Shown: positions 1 to 10,310, counted from the stretch's first letter. The stretch: 64,000 bases of DNA from Desulfuromonadales bacterium (GCA_041677125.1 JBAYQP010000001.1:2677-66676); one strand, 5' to 3'. Notes: a model not told the origin generated them from the letters alone. A program made the numbers and translations.

Positions 1-1
1 G

Positions 2-121
2 CTTGCGAAACCGACCGAAGGCGAAGAGCTGAGCAAGTGGATGCAGTGGCTCATGACCACACATGTGCGCTGCTACCAATCCTCAACGGCTCTGTTGCAT
101 TTTTCCACGGCAGTGCGGTAA
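2..121 (+). pseudogene. 3' fragment of an IS200/RayT-like Y1 tyrosine-transposase-family gene, cut by the window edge and apparently degenerate
   Basis: The frame starting at nt 2 reads LAKPTEGEELSKWMQWLMTTHVRCYQSS...*. The LSxxMQWL..THvRxY stretch matches what I recall of PF01797-type transposases. The expected downstream G-H-x-W-Q-G-R-F-K segment is absent, and a stop occurs at 119-121. Confidence 0.4.
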
Positions 122-147
122 AAGAGGGAACCTTTTAAGGAGGTCCC

Positions 148-738
148 ATGCGCTCCATCGTTCTGGCGTCCACCAGCCCCTATCGAAAACAGTTGCTGCA
201 GCAGTTGCAGATTCCTTTTCTCACCGCCTCACCTATCTACCAGGAGGAAATCGACCAGGGGGTGGCGCCGGAACTTCTCGTCAAGCATCTGGCTTACAAT
301 AAGGCCGAAAGCCTGCGGCGGCATTTTCCCAACGCCCTGATCATCGGCGCCGATCAGGTTTTTGTCGATCCGCGCCAGCGCATTCTGGGAAAGCCCGGCG
401 ATTTCGCCAAAGCCGCGAAACAGCTGCGCGCCATGGGCGGCCGCAGGCATACCTTTTACACCGGTGTCGCCATTGTCGATGCCGAAAGCGGCGCGTCCGA
501 AGTCGATTTCGTCACTTATACGGTGACCTTGCGTCCTTTGTCCGAGGTGGAAATCGAAACCTATCTGCGCCGGGAAAAACCGTTTGACTGCGCCGGTTCT
601 TTCAAGATAGAAGGTCTTGGCATTTCGCTGATGGAAAAAATGGAAGGGGAGGACTACACCAGTCTGATCGGCTTGCCGTTGATCAAACTGGGCGAAATGC
701 TGCGCCATTTCGGAGTGAACCCGCTTCAGCCGACCTGA
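148..738 (+). CDS. maf: Maf-like nucleoside triphosphate pyrophosphatase
   Basis: 196 aa with an AAGGAGG SD just upstream. It contains LASTSPYRKQLL..., ADQV... and FDCAGSFKIEGLG, typical of the Maf/YceF family. Confidence 0.85.
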   Translation: MRSIVLASTSPYRKQLLQQLQIPFLTASPIYQEEIDQGVAPELLVKHLAYNKAESLRRHFPNALIIGADQVFVDPRQRILGKPGDFAKAAKQLRAMGGRRHTFYTGVAIVDAESGASEVDFVTYTVTLRPLSEVEIETYLRREKPFDCAGSFKIEGLGISLMEKMEGEDYTSLIGLPLIKLGEMLRHFGVNPLQPT

Positions 739-878
739 ACCCGTTAGCGGTCGGACCATCTTCTTGACCGACCTTTCCCCCCGGTGCTATTATCCGGCCA
801 CTTTCAATCGGGGCCTGGAAGAGAGAAATTTATTTCCATTTTCTCTTGCCCGGCCCTATTTCCCCTGTGCCTGTCTTT

Positions 879-3800
879 ATGGAACATTCCAATTTCGTCC
901 ATCTGCATCTGCACAGTCAGTACAGTCTGCTCGATGGCGCCGTCAAAATCACCGATCTGATCCAGCGCGCGCGCGAGTACCGCATGCCGGCCCTGGCGGT
1001 GACCGACCACGGCAATATGTTCGGGGCCATCGAATTCTATCTTAAAGCGCGCGAGGCGGGCATCAAGCCGATCATCGGCTGCGAAATTTACGTCGCGCCA
1101 GGGTCGCGCTTCGATAAATCGAATGCCCGTGGCTCCTCCGAAGCATCCCATCACCTCCTTCTTCTGTGCCAGAACCTTACCGGCTACCGCAACCTGTGCC
1201 ATCTGCTTTCCGCCGGCTATCGGGAAGGGTTTTATTACAAGCCCAGGGTCGATTGGGAACTGCTGCGCGAACGCAATGAAGGGTTGATCGCTCTGACCGC
1301 CTGCCTGGGCGGAGAACTGCCTACCCTGATCGGCATGAAGCGCCAGGAGGAAGCCCTGCGCCGCGCCCGGGAAATGTCGCAGGTTTTCGACGACGGCCGC
1401 TTTTATCTGGAACTGCAGGAGAATTTTCTCCCCGAGCAGGCGCCGGTGAACAAGGGGCTGATCGCCATCGGCGAGGCTTTGCAGCTGCCGCTGGTGGCAA
1501 CCAACGATTGCCATTATCTTACCCGCGACGACGCCTTCGCCCATGAGGTCCTGCTCTGTATCCAGACCGGTAAGACGATGGACGATCCGAACCGGATGCG
1601 GTTCGACAACAACGAATTTTACGTCAAAACGCCGGCGGAAATGGCGGAACTTTTCAAGCATGTTCCGCAGGCCCTGGCCAATACGGTGGAAATCGCCGAG
1701 CGCTGCAACCTGGAACTCGATTTCAAGACCTACCATTTTCCCCAGTACGAAAAACCTGTTGGACAGAGCCTCGACGAAGCGCTGCAAACGATGGCCTTCG
1801 AGGGGTTGGAGAAACGGCTGGCCGATATCCGCCGGCTGCGGCCCGGGTTTTCCGCCGAAGACGAACAGAGCTATAAAGAACGGTTGGAAAAAGAACTGAT
1901 CTGCATTAACCAGATGGGCTTTCCCGGCTATCTGCTGATTGTCGCCGATTTCATCAACTGGGCCAAAGATCACAGCATCCCCGTCGGCCCCGGCCGCGGC
2001 AGCGCCGCCGGCAGCCTGGTCTGCTACGCCATTCGCATCACCGACATCGATCCGATGCCGTACAACCTGCTCTTCGAGCGCTTTCTCAACCCGGAACGCG
2101 TCTCCATGCCGGATATCGACGTCGACTTCTGCATCTACGGCCGGGAGCGGGTGATCGAGTACGTGCGGGAGAAATACGGCGCCGGCAATGTCGCCCAGAT
2201 CATCACCTTCGGCACCATGCAGGCCAAGGGGGTCATTCGCGACGTCGGCCGGGCGCTGAACATGCCGTACGGCGAGGTGGACAAAATCGCCAAGCTGATT
2301 CCCGGGGTGCTCAACATCAGCTTGAAAGAGGCGTTGCAGCAGGAGCCGAAGCTGCGCGAGTTGGTGGAAAAAGATCCGAAGGTGAAGGAACTCTTTCCCA
2401 TCGCTCTGGCCCTCGAAGGGCTGACCCGGCATGCTTCCACGCATGCCGCCGGCGTGGTGGTGACGCCGAAACCGCTTCCCGAGTACCTGCCCCTGTACAC
2501 CGATCCCAAGTCCGGCGGCCAGGTAACCCAGTACGCCATGAGTTATGTCGAGAAGATCGGGCTGGTCAAGTTCGATTTTCTCGGCCTGAAGAACCTGACC
2601 GTCATCGACAATGCGGTCAATCTGATCCGCACCGGCAAATGCCCCGACCTCGATATCGCCACCCTGGCCTATGACGATTCGGCAGCCTATCAACTGCTGC
2701 AGGCCGGCAACACCACCGGTGTTTTCCAGCTTGAGTCGAGCGGCATGAAGGAGCTGCTGGTCAAGCTCAAACCTTCGTGTTTCGAGGACATCGTCGCCGT
2801 TTGCGCCCTTTACCGTCCGGGCCCCCTCGGCTCCGGGATGGTCGATGATTTCATCCAGCGCAAGCATGGCAAAAAGGCGATCCGATACGATTTCCCGCAG
2901 CTTGAGCCGATTCTTAAGGACACCTACGGGGTTATTGTCTACCAGGAACAGGTTATGCAGATCGCCCAGGTGCTTGGCGGCTACAGCCTCGGGGGCGCCG
3001 ATCTGCTGCGGCGGGCGATGGGTAAGAAAAAACCGGAGGAAATGGCCAAGCAGAAGGCGATTTTCCTCGAAGGGGCGAAAAACAACCGGATCGACCTGAA
3101 AAAAGCCGAAGCGGTTTTCGACCTGATGGCCAAATTCGCCGAGTACGGCTTCAACAAGTCGCATTCGGCGGCCTATGCCCTGATCGCCTACCAGACCGCC
3201 TATCTCAAGGCGCATTACCCGGTCGAATTCAGGGCGGCGTTGCTCACCGAGGCTATGGAGAACACCGACAAGGTGATCAAAAATATCTCCGAGGTGCGCG
3301 CCATGGGTATCGAGGTGCTGCCGCCCGATATCAATGCCTCCGACCGCTCCTTTACCGTCCACGACCGTTCGATTCGCTTCGGCATGGGGGCGGTCAAGGG
3401 GGTCGGCGCGGCTGCTCTCGAGTCGATTATCGAGGTGCGGCGGGAGGAGCCATTTCAGTCGCTGCACGATTTCTGCGAACGGGTTGATCTGCGCAAGGTC
3501 AACAAAAAGGTGGTCGAAGCGCTGGTTAAATGCGGCGCTTTCGATTCCCTCGGCGGCCGGCGCTCCCAGTATATGGCTATTCTCGAAGACGCCATGGAAA
3601 TGGGCCAGAAAATGCAGCGGGAAAAAGCCGCCGGCCAAGCCTCGCTTTTCGGCAGCGATGAAATCGTCTCGCAAAATGGCAACGGTTACGGCAAACTGCC
3701 GGAAATCGACGAGTGGACGGAAAAAATTCTGCTCAGTTCGGAAAAAGAAGCCTTAGGCTTCTATATCACCGGGCATCCTCTTGCCCGGCACGTCGAGACA

Positions 3801-4349
3801 ATTCGCCGCTTTGCCACCTGCGACACCTCCGGTTTGCCGGAGCGCACGGACAAGGAGGAGGTCAAAGTCTGTGGCATTGTGGCCGGCATGAAGGAATTGA
3901 CCACCAAAAAAGGGGATCGCATGGCCTTTGTCACCCTCGAAGACCTTTCCGGGTTTATCGAGATGGTGATTTTTCCAGAAGTTTACCTGGCGTCCTCTGA
4001 GCTTCTCAAGGGGGAGGAACCGCTGCTGGTCACCGGCACCCTCGATATCGGCGAAGAGTCCTGCAAACTGCTGGCGACAGAGATCGTCTCCTTGAACGAA
4101 ATCAAGGAACGGCTCACCAGCAAGGTGCATTTTCGCTTGACGTCGCCGGGCTTGGATGAACCCCAGTTGCACGCTCTGAAGGGAATCATGGGTAAGCACC
4201 GGGGAAATTGCGAGGCGCTTCTGCACCTGGTGGTTCCCAATCGCAGCGAGACGATCGTCCATGTGGAAAACATGAAAGTAGCCGCTTCCGACGAGATTCT
4301 CGCCGAGACCCAAAAGTTGTTTGGTTACAATGTTGTGACGTTTGAATAA
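879..4349 (+). CDS. dnaE: DNA polymerase III alpha subunit
   Basis: 1156 aa from ATG 879 (the ORF track starts at 846). The PHP-domain start is MEHSNFVHLHLHSQYSLLDGA. It also has the FPGYLLIVADFINWAK, GPGRGSAAGSLV and PDIDVDF motifs and an OB-fold C-terminus. Confidence 0.97.
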   Translation: MEHSNFVHLHLHSQYSLLDGAVKITDLIQRAREYRMPALAVTDHGNMFGAIEFYLKAREAGIKPIIGCEIYVAPGSRFDKSNARGSSEASHHLLLLCQNLTGYRNLCHLLSAGYREGFYYKPRVDWELLRERNEGLIALTACLGGELPTLIGMKRQEEALRRAREMSQVFDDGRFYLELQENFLPEQAPVNKGLIAIGEALQLPLVATNDCHYLTRDDAFAHEVLLCIQTGKTMDDPNRMRFDNNEFYVKTPAEMAELFKHVPQALANTVEIAERCNLELDFKTYHFPQYEKPVGQSLDEALQTMAFEGLEKRLADIRRLRPGFSAEDEQSYKERLEKELICINQMGFPGYLLIVADFINWAKDHSIPVGPGRGSAAGSLVCYAIRITDIDPMPYNLLFERFLNPERVSMPDIDVDFCIYGRERVIEYVREKYGAGNVAQIITFGTMQAKGVIRDVGRALNMPYGEVDKIAKLIPGVLNISLKEALQQEPKLRELVEKDPKVKELFPIALALEGLTRHASTHAAGVVVTPKPLPEYLPLYTDPKSGGQVTQYAMSYVEKIGLVKFDFLGLKNLTVIDNAVNLIRTGKCPDLDIATLAYDDSAAYQLLQAGNTTGVFQLESSGMKELLVKLKPSCFEDIVAVCALYRPGPLGSGMVDDFIQRKHGKKAIRYDFPQLEPILKDTYGVIVYQEQVMQIAQVLGGYSLGGADLLRRAMGKKKPEEMAKQKAIFLEGAKNNRIDLKKAEAVFDLMAKFAEYGFNKSHSAAYALIAYQTAYLKAHYPVEFRAALLTEAMENTDKVIKNISEVRAMGIEVLPPDINASDRSFTVHDRSIRFGMGAVKGVGAAALESIIEVRREEPFQSLHDFCERVDLRKVNKKVVEALVKCGAFDSLGGRRSQYMAILEDAMEMGQKMQREKAAGQASLFGSDEIVSQNGNGYGKLPEIDEWTEKILLSSEKEALGFYITGHPLARHVETIRRFATCDTSGLPERTDKEEVKVCGIVAGMKELTTKKGDRMAFVTLEDLSGFIEMVIFPEVYLASSELLKGEEPLLVTGTLDIGEESCKLLATEIVSLNEIKERLTSKVHFRLTSPGLDEPQLHALKGIMGKHRGNCEALLHLVVPNRSETIVHVENMKVAASDEILAETQKLFGYNVVTFE

Positions 4350-4356
4350 GCAGGTC

Positions 4357-4379
4357 GGAGAGGCATTGTGCGCCTCTCC
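4357..4379 (+). terminator. Stem-loop between dnaE and accA (weak terminator or attenuator candidate)
   Basis: GGAGAGGC-attgtgc-GCCTCTCC is an 8-bp perfect stem 8 nt after the dnaE stop. The following tract (ctcttc) is only weakly U-rich. Confidence 0.3.
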
Positions 4380-4407
4380 CTCTTCAGCCAGGCACAAGGA
4401 GAACTGA

Positions 4408-5373
4408 ATGCAATTTTTTCTCGATTTCGAAAAACCGCTAGTGGAACTGGAGCAGAAAATTCGCGAATTGCGCGAATACTCCACGGAAAAGGTCGATTTT
4501 TCCGGGGAAATCAAAAAGCTTGAAAAGAAGGCGGACAAGCTGCGGGACGAGATTTTTCTTAATCTGACCCGCTGGCAGCGCACTCAATTGGCCCGCCACG
4601 TCAATCGCCCCTTCACTCTGGACTTCGTCCGGAATGTCTTCACCGACTGGGTCGAGGTGCATGGCGACCGCAATTTCCGCGACGATCCGGCAATCGTCTG
4701 TGGCTTTGCCCGTCTTGACGGCGAGCCGTGCTGTGTTATCGGCCACCAGAAAGGGCGCGACACCAAGGAAAAGGTCTACCGCAATTTTGGCATGCCGAAT
4801 CCGGAAGGGTACCGAAAGGCTCTTCGCGTGATGCAGATGGCCGAACAGTTCGGGCTGCCGATTTTCACCTTTGTCGATACCCCCGGCGCGTTTCCCGGTA
4901 TTGGCGCCGAGGAACGCGGCCAGGCCGAAGCCATCGCCCGCAACCTGCGCGAGATGGCCGCGTTGAAGGTGCCGGTTATTGTCACCATCACCGGCGAAGG
5001 GGGATCGGGCGGCGCTCTCGGCATCGCTGTCGGCAATCGGGTCATGATGATGGAATATTCGGTTTACGCCGTTATCTCCCCCGAGGGGTGCGCCGCAATC
5101 CTGTGGAGCGACGGCACCAAGGGGCCGCAAGCGGCGGAAGCCCTCAAACTCACCTCCTCCGATATCGCCGAATTGGGCTGCGTCATCGATGAAGTCATCC
5201 CTGAACCTCTCGGCGGCGCACACAACGATCAGCACAAGGCGGCGGAAAACGTCAAGAAATTTCTCAAGAAACATTTGGCGGAACTGAAAAAGCTCTCCCC
5301 CGAGGAACTGGTGGAGCAGCGTTACCAGAAATTTCGCGCCATGACGCGGGTGGAAGAAACGCCTTCGGTCTGA
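4408..5373 (+). CDS. accA: Acetyl-CoA carboxylase carboxyltransferase alpha subunit
   Basis: 321 aa with an AAGGAGA SD. It contains [21 protein letters not shown] and [24 protein letters not shown], the AccA signature. Confidence 0.95.
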   Translation: MQFFLDFEKPLVELEQKIRELREYSTEKVDFSGEIKKLEKKADKLRDEIFLNLTRWQRTQLARHVNRPFTLDFVRNVFTDWVEVHGDRNFRDDPAIVCGFARLDGEPCCVIGHQKGRDTKEKVYRNFGMPNPEGYRKALRVMQMAEQFGLPIFTFVDTPGAFPGIGAEERGQAEAIARNLREMAALKVPVIVTITGEGGSGGALGIAVGNRVMMMEYSVYAVISPEGCAAILWSDGTKGPQAAEALKLTSSDIAELGCVIDEVIPEPLGGAHNDQHKAAENVKKFLKKHLAELKKLSPEELVEQRYQKFRAMTRVEETPSV

Positions 5374-5378
5374 AACTA

Positions 5379-6308
5379 ATGGCCGGGGTTGAGGTCGTCG
5401 GACTCGGGCAATGCTCTCTGGATATGCTGGCGGAACTGCCATGCTGGCCGCAGCCCGACAGCAAGATCGAGTTGGACGACCTGTTGATCCAGGGGGGCGG
5501 GCCGGTAGCCACCGCGTTGGTGACTCTCTCTCGCCTCGGCATATCCACGGCGTTTCTTGGCCGCACCGGGGACGATGAAAACGGCAAGCGCATCCGGCAG
5601 GGGCTGCTCGAAGAGCGGGTCGACTGCACGGGCCTGCTCGCCGACGCGGGAGCGACCAGCCAGTGTGCGTTTATCGCCGTAGAGCCGCAAAACGGTCGCC
5701 GCACTATTTTCTGGACCCGTGGCGGAGCCCGGCCTCTGGACGCCGGTGAGGTGGCGCGGCTGTTCACCCATTCATGCCGAATGCTGCACCTCGATGGTCT
5801 GCACACCGAGGCAGCGTTGACGGCTGCGCGCCGCGCCCGCGAGAGGGGAATCGGCACCGTTCTCGATGGCGGCGCCTGGCGCGGCGGCACCGCCGAGTTA
5901 CTCCCCTGGATCGACCATCTGGTGGTGAGTGAAAAATTCGCCGGGCAGGTAGCCTCTTCGGCCAACCCCCATATCGCCCTGGAGAAACTTCTCGCCTTCG
6001 GCGGCCGCGCGGTCACCGTTACCCTGGGCGCCGGTGGCAGCCATACCCTGAGCGCCGACGGCGTCGCCTTCCACCAACCGGCCTTTTCGGTTGATGTGGT
6101 CGATACGACTGGCTGCGGGGATGTTTTTCACGGCGGCTACATCTACGGATTGCTGCAGGGGTGGCCCTTGCGCCGGACGGTGCGTTTTGCCGCCGCCTGC
6201 GCCGCCCTGAAAACCCGTGCCATGGGGGGCCGAACGGCTATTCCGCATCTGGGGGAAATAGAAGAATTTCTCGCCGTCCACCCTCAAAATTACGAGAAAA
6301 TACGTTAA
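5379..6308 (+). CDS. PfkB-family carbohydrate kinase (ribokinase-like); substrate unknown
   Basis: 309 aa with GGGPVATALVTLSRLG near the N-terminus and DTTGCGDVFHGGYIYG (PfkB signature 2) near the C-terminus. Confidence 0.8.
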   Translation: MAGVEVVGLGQCSLDMLAELPCWPQPDSKIELDDLLIQGGGPVATALVTLSRLGISTAFLGRTGDDENGKRIRQGLLEERVDCTGLLADAGATSQCAFIAVEPQNGRRTIFWTRGGARPLDAGEVARLFTHSCRMLHLDGLHTEAALTAARRARERGIGTVLDGGAWRGGTAELLPWIDHLVVSEKFAGQVASSANPHIALEKLLAFGGRAVTVTLGAGGSHTLSADGVAFHQPAFSVDVVDTTGCGDVFHGGYIYGLLQGWPLRRTVRFAAACAALKTRAMGGRTAIPHLGEIEEFLAVHPQNYEKIR

Positions 6309-6310
6309 CA

Positions 6311-7063
6311 ATGAAATTTTATCTTATTGTTTTTCTGCTGTTTTTTGTCTCTGCCTGTGGCGGGCCGACATATCGCACCCGGGTAATCGACAGTCCTCGG
6401 ACGGGGGCGCTCAAACCATGGGAAAAACCATACGAAGTCAACGGTCAGCGCTATCAGCCCTTGCGCGGCGACAACCATGTCGGCTACGTCGAGGAGGGGA
6501 TCGCCAGCTGGTACGGCCGTGATTTTCACGGCAAGAAAACGAGCAATGGCGAGACGTACGACATGCACGGACGCACCGCCGCCCACAAGACGCTCCCGCT
6601 GGGCATTTACGTGAAAGTGAGAAATCTCGCCAACGGCAAAGAGGCGGTGGCGCGAGTCAATGATCGCGGGCCCTTCGTGCGGGGACGCATCATCGATCTG
6701 TCTTATACTCTGGCCAAGGACCTCGGAGTCGTCGACGCCGGCACAGCTCCGGTGCGCATCGAAGCCCTCGGTTTCCGGGAGGGCGATGCCGGTAATTTTC
6801 AATCGCGGCAGCCGAGAAGCGATGCGCCGGACAGTTTCGCCGTGCAGATCGGCTCCTTCAGCGTCCGTGAAAATGCCGATCGCCTGGCGGCTCAGATGCG
6901 CTCCCGGCACGGCGCCGCCGGGGTGAAGGAAGAACGCGTCGGGGGAAAACTTTTTTACCGGGTGCGGGTGGGCAGTTACCGCAGTCAGGACGCCGCCGAG
7001 AAAGCCCGAGAAGATCTGGCCAGGGGCGGATATGGAAACAGCTTTGTCGTGGCGATGGAATAG
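6311..7063 (+). CDS. rlpA: Septal ring lytic transglycosylase RlpA (DPBB domain plus C-terminal SPOR domain), lipoprotein
   Basis: Starts at MKFYLIVFLLFFVSACGG, a lipobox signal. It contains GIASWYGRDFHGKKTSNGETYD...VRVNDRGPF. The C-terminal FAVQIGSFS...YRVRVGSY is SPOR-like. The upstream part of ORF 6161.. overlaps the pfkB-like gene and was discarded. Confidence 0.85.
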   Translation: MKFYLIVFLLFFVSACGGPTYRTRVIDSPRTGALKPWEKPYEVNGQRYQPLRGDNHVGYVEEGIASWYGRDFHGKKTSNGETYDMHGRTAAHKTLPLGIYVKVRNLANGKEAVARVNDRGPFVRGRIIDLSYTLAKDLGVVDAGTAPVRIEALGFREGDAGNFQSRQPRSDAPDSFAVQIGSFSVRENADRLAAQMRSRHGAAGVKEERVGGKLFYRVRVGSYRSQDAAEKAREDLARGGYGNSFVVAME

Positions 7064-7068
7064 GGATT

Positions 7069-7539
7069 GTGCCCACTCTTGATCAAGTAAAGGCTTTTCT
7101 CGCCACCTATGGCGTCATGGTCCTGCAATTCGACCGACCCACGCCGACGGCGGAAATGGCCGCTCTGGCAATCAACTGTTCACCGGCGGAGATTGCCAAA
7201 ACACTCCTCTTCCTGATCAACGGCAATCCGGTGGCGGTGGTGACAAGCGGCGACACCAAGGTGAAAAGTTCTCTTCTCAAGCAGGCCGCCGGTCTCACCG
7301 GCAAGGTGCGGCTGCCGGCGACCGCCGATGTCCTCCGGCATACCGGCTACGCTCCAGGCGGGGTCTGTCCCTTCCTGCTCCCCGCGCATCTGCCGATCTT
7401 TCTCGATCCCTCCTTGCGGCGTTTCCAAGTCATCTACCCGGCCGCCGGCAACGATTCCTCCGGAGTCCCCATCGATTTCGAAACCCTGCGAAAGATTACC
7501 GGTGGCTGCGAAGCCGCCGTGTGCGAACCGTTCGCCTGA
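7069..7539 (+). CDS. YbaK/aminoacyl-tRNA editing (deacylase) domain protein
   Basis: 156 aa with a GTG start. It contains IAKTLLF...VAVVTSGDTKV...GYAPGGVCPF...AAGND, the layout of the tRNA_edit/YbaK family. Confidence 0.7.
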   Translation: MPTLDQVKAFLATYGVMVLQFDRPTPTAEMAALAINCSPAEIAKTLLFLINGNPVAVVTSGDTKVKSSLLKQAAGLTGKVRLPATADVLRHTGYAPGGVCPFLLPAHLPIFLDPSLRRFQVIYPAAGNDSSGVPIDFETLRKITGGCEAAVCEPFA

Positions 7540-7598
7540 ATTCGGCTCGGTGACTAATTTCCTGTTCATCCCCGGGGATGAGTTGTAGAATTTCCGCC

Positions 7599-8363
7599 AT
7601 GTTGATTGCCACCTGGAATCTCAATTCGGTTCGCGCCCGCCTGGAGCGGTTGCTGGCCTGGCTGGAGGAATGGCGTCCGGACATCGTCTGCCTGCAGGAG
7701 GTGAAGACGCCGGAGGCGAATTTCCCTTTCGCAGAGATTGAGAAATCTGGCTATCACGCGGCCGTTTTCGGGCAAAAAGGATATCACGGTGTCGCCATCC
7801 TCAGCCGAAGTGAGCCGCAGGAGATAAGTCGCGGGATGGCGGACGGCGTCGATGATGGCCAGGCCCGTCTCATCGCCGCCAGCATCGATGGCGTTCGCGT
7901 CATGTGCGCCTATGCGCCGAACGGCGGCACGCCAGATTCCGACAAGTACCTGCATAAGATCGCCTGGTTCGACCGTCTTCTGCGGCATTTGCGTGCCACC
8001 GAGAACCTGGCGGGCCCTTTTTTGCTCTGCGGCGATCTGAATATCGCTCCCGAGCAGCGCGACGTCGCCCATCCGGAACGCTGGCAAGGGACGGTGCTGT
8101 ACAATGAGCACATGAGCGAGATCTTCGGGCGTCTGCTTGCCTGTGGTTTGCACGACCTTGGACGGAACCATCTGCCGGCGGTGACTTTCTCCTGGTGGGA
8201 CTATCGCCTCCTTTCTTTCCCGCGCAACGATGGCCTGCGCATCGATCATCTACTCGCCAGCCCAGCCCTGACCGGGCGATGCCTGGAGGTTTTCGTCGAC
8301 CGCGAGCAGCGCAAGGGCAAGTCTCCCTCCGATCATGCACCGGTGCTTGCACGTTTTTCCTGA
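7599..8363 (+). CDS. xthA: Exodeoxyribonuclease III
   Basis: MLIATWNLNSVRARL...PDIVCLQEVK...GDLNIAP...WWDYR...RIDHLL...SDHAPV are the classic ExoIII/AP-endonuclease motifs. The ATG at 7599 is preferred over the track start at 7578. Confidence 0.9.
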   Translation: MLIATWNLNSVRARLERLLAWLEEWRPDIVCLQEVKTPEANFPFAEIEKSGYHAAVFGQKGYHGVAILSRSEPQEISRGMADGVDDGQARLIAASIDGVRVMCAYAPNGGTPDSDKYLHKIAWFDRLLRHLRATENLAGPFLLCGDLNIAPEQRDVAHPERWQGTVLYNEHMSEIFGRLLACGLHDLGRNHLPAVTFSWWDYRLLSFPRNDGLRIDHLLASPALTGRCLEVFVDREQRKGKSPSDHAPVLARFS

Positions 8364-8405
8364 TCGCGCGGCAAACGGCAAGCTTCATTTTCAAAGGAGA
8401 ATAGC

Positions 8406-9503
8406 GTGGCAAAAAAAATCTTCGTCGCAGCGACCGGCCAGAACAGTGGTAAGACGACGACCAGCCTGTCACTCCTGCACCTCGCCCGGGAGAGGTACGA
8501 ACGGATCGGTTTTGTCAAACCTATTGGACCGAAGCCATCATCTCTGGATGGGCTTACGATGGACAAGGACGCCGCGCTGGTGGCGCGTGTTTTCGGCCTG
8601 GAGCGGTACAAGGAATACATGTCTCCGGTTGTGGTGCAACAGGGGATGACCAAAAGGTTTCTGGACGGGGAGATCGGTTCGGATATGCTGCTGGAGAAAA
8701 TCCTTCGGGCGGTGGAAGTTCTGGATCGCGAATGCGATTTACTGATTATCGAGGGATCCGGGCATTGCGGCGTCGGGTCGGTTCTCGGGATGAGCAATGC
8801 CCGGATCGCCCGTATGATCGATGCGCCGGTGCTCCTGGTTACCGGCGGGGGCGTGGGCAACGTCATCGATTCCGTCTACATGAACCTCGCCCTGTTTCGC
8901 CAGGAAAAGGCCGAAATCCGGGCCATAGCCGCCAACAAGATCATCCCCGAAAAACGCGAGGAGACCCTGCGCTACCTGAAGAAGGCTTTTCAGGGCGAAA
9001 GCTTCAGCGTCCTTGGCGGTTTCAATTACCAGCCGGTCCTGGCGAACCCGACCCTGCGGCGCATCGCGGGCATTCTTGATCTGCCGATTTATGGCAGCCG
9101 TGACGCGGACATGCGCATTGTCCATCATGTGCAGATCGGCGCCGCCGCCACTCAGCGCATAGTCGAGCTGTTGCAGGAGTCAACCCTGCTGTTGGTCACC
9201 AGTTCCCGCGACGAATTGCTGGTGACGGTCGCCAATCTCTACCAGATGCCCGAATACCGTTCGAAAATCGTCGGCCTGGTCATTCCCGGCAAGGCGCCGG
9301 TGTCGCGCATCACTCAGCAGATCATCGATCGCAGCGGCATCCCTTACATGCGAACCGATAATCGCTCGACGACGCAAATTTTTCTTTCGATTACCGAGGA
9401 CGTCTCGAAGATCACCGCCGAGGACACGGAAAAAATTGGCCTCATTTGGGAGCTGGCGGAAAAACGCTTCATTTTCGATGAAGTGGACGCCCTTTTCTCG
9501 TAG
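8406..9503 (+). CDS. Stand-alone phosphotransacetylase N-terminal-like protein (BioD/CobQ-type P-loop plus DRTGG-like domain)
   Basis: 365 aa with a GTG start and an AAGGAGA SD. It has a P-loop (ATGQNSGKTTTSL) and IIEGSG, and a later LLLVTSSRDELL segment that resembles a DRTGG domain. Confidence 0.6.
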   Translation: MAKKIFVAATGQNSGKTTTSLSLLHLARERYERIGFVKPIGPKPSSLDGLTMDKDAALVARVFGLERYKEYMSPVVVQQGMTKRFLDGEIGSDMLLEKILRAVEVLDRECDLLIIEGSGHCGVGSVLGMSNARIARMIDAPVLLVTGGGVGNVIDSVYMNLALFRQEKAEIRAIAANKIIPEKREETLRYLKKAFQGESFSVLGGFNYQPVLANPTLRRIAGILDLPIYGSRDADMRIVHHVQIGAAATQRIVELLQESTLLLVTSSRDELLVTVANLYQMPEYRSKIVGLVIPGKAPVSRITQQIIDRSGIPYMRTDNRSTTQIFLSITEDVSKITAEDTEKIGLIWELAEKRFIFDEVDALFS

Positions 9504-9518
9504 TTTTATTGAAGCCTT

Positions 9519-10310
9519 TTATCCGCGTTTCTTCAGCGCTTCCGCCACCAGGGCTTTCTGCGCCGGGCGCAGACGGCGGGAGCCGAGAAGCGCGTTCAGG
9601 TCGATGGTGCGCAGCTGCGGCAGAAAAAGGGTGTACCAGATGTCGGGCGTGCGGGGGTTTTTGAGAATGGCAAGGCGCAAGTTGGCGCGGCTTTTCCACT
9701 TTGGATGGCGGGCAAGGCTGGAGATCGTCTCGGCTGTCGCTTTCGGGCCGGTGAGAAACTGCACCAAAGCGATTTCCTGCAGGTGCGGGCTGTCGAGGCA
9801 GATCGCCACCAGGGGGGCATCGCCTTCTTTGAGAATCTCCGCGACCAGATTGCCGGTGCCGCGGCGGGCCAGCGTCATTTTGTTGCCGAGTGGGACGGTT
9901 GGCAGGCGTTTGATGATTTCCCGCTCCGCGGCGTACTTCTGATCGGGAGTGGCGCCGGCCAGCAGACAAAGGTTGAGCAACTCGAAGATAAACAGGCGGG
10001 GGAGGATGGACAGGACGATGGCGCCGGGAGTGTTCGGGTTTTTCGCCAGCGCCAATTGCAAGCGATGACTGTTTTCGGCTTCGGGCCGCTGATAGATCGC
10101 CTTCAGCAAATCCTCCGGCAGATCGCGCCGGCGCAGCAGGGCCTGCAGATGATCCTCCCGCAGTTGCCGATTTTTCAGCGCCGCGCGCAACACCTCCGGC
10201 GCGGGGTCCTGTAAACTCTGAAAAAGTTCGTCCGTTCCGGCGGTCAGCGCCCTCTGCAGCCGCCCCACCAGATCGCGATCGAAAGCTCCGTCCTCTCGTT
10301 TCGTCGGCAT
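9519..10310 (-). CDS. Helical-repeat protein (HEAT/LRV-like repeats with a recurring KNP(N/R)TP motif); function unknown
   Basis: 263 aa containing LALAKNPNTPGAIVLSILPRL and LAILKNPRTPDIWYTLFLPQL repeats. Its start lies 3 nt after the tgt stop, so it is probably co-transcribed. Confidence 0.55.
   Translation of the reverse strand: MPTKREDGAFDRDLVGRLQRALTAGTDELFQSLQDPAPEVLRAALKNRQLREDHLQALLRRRDLPEDLLKAIYQRPEAENSHRLQLALAKNPNTPGAIVLSILPRLFIFELLNLCLLAGATPDQKYAAEREIIKRLPTVPLGNKMTLARRGTGNLVAEILKEGDAPLVAICLDSPHLQEIALVQFLTGPKATAETISSLARHPKWKSRANLRLAILKNPRTPDIWYTLFLPQLRTIDLNALLGSRRLRPAQKALVAEALKKRG

Noticed and set aside
804-3674. 956-aa ORF on the minus strand
   Set aside because: It is entirely antisense to dnaE, whose product has unmistakable Pol III alpha motifs. 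The translation is low-complexity and Arg/Gly/Ala-rich, typical of shadow ORFs in GC-rich DNA.
6161-6310. Upstream extension of the rlpA ORF, and the similar extensions 22140-22220 for lnt and 17738-17842 for the HD gene
   Set aside because: The extensions overlap the preceding genes and lack signal or TM features. In each case an internal ATG gives a proper signal peptide or SD.
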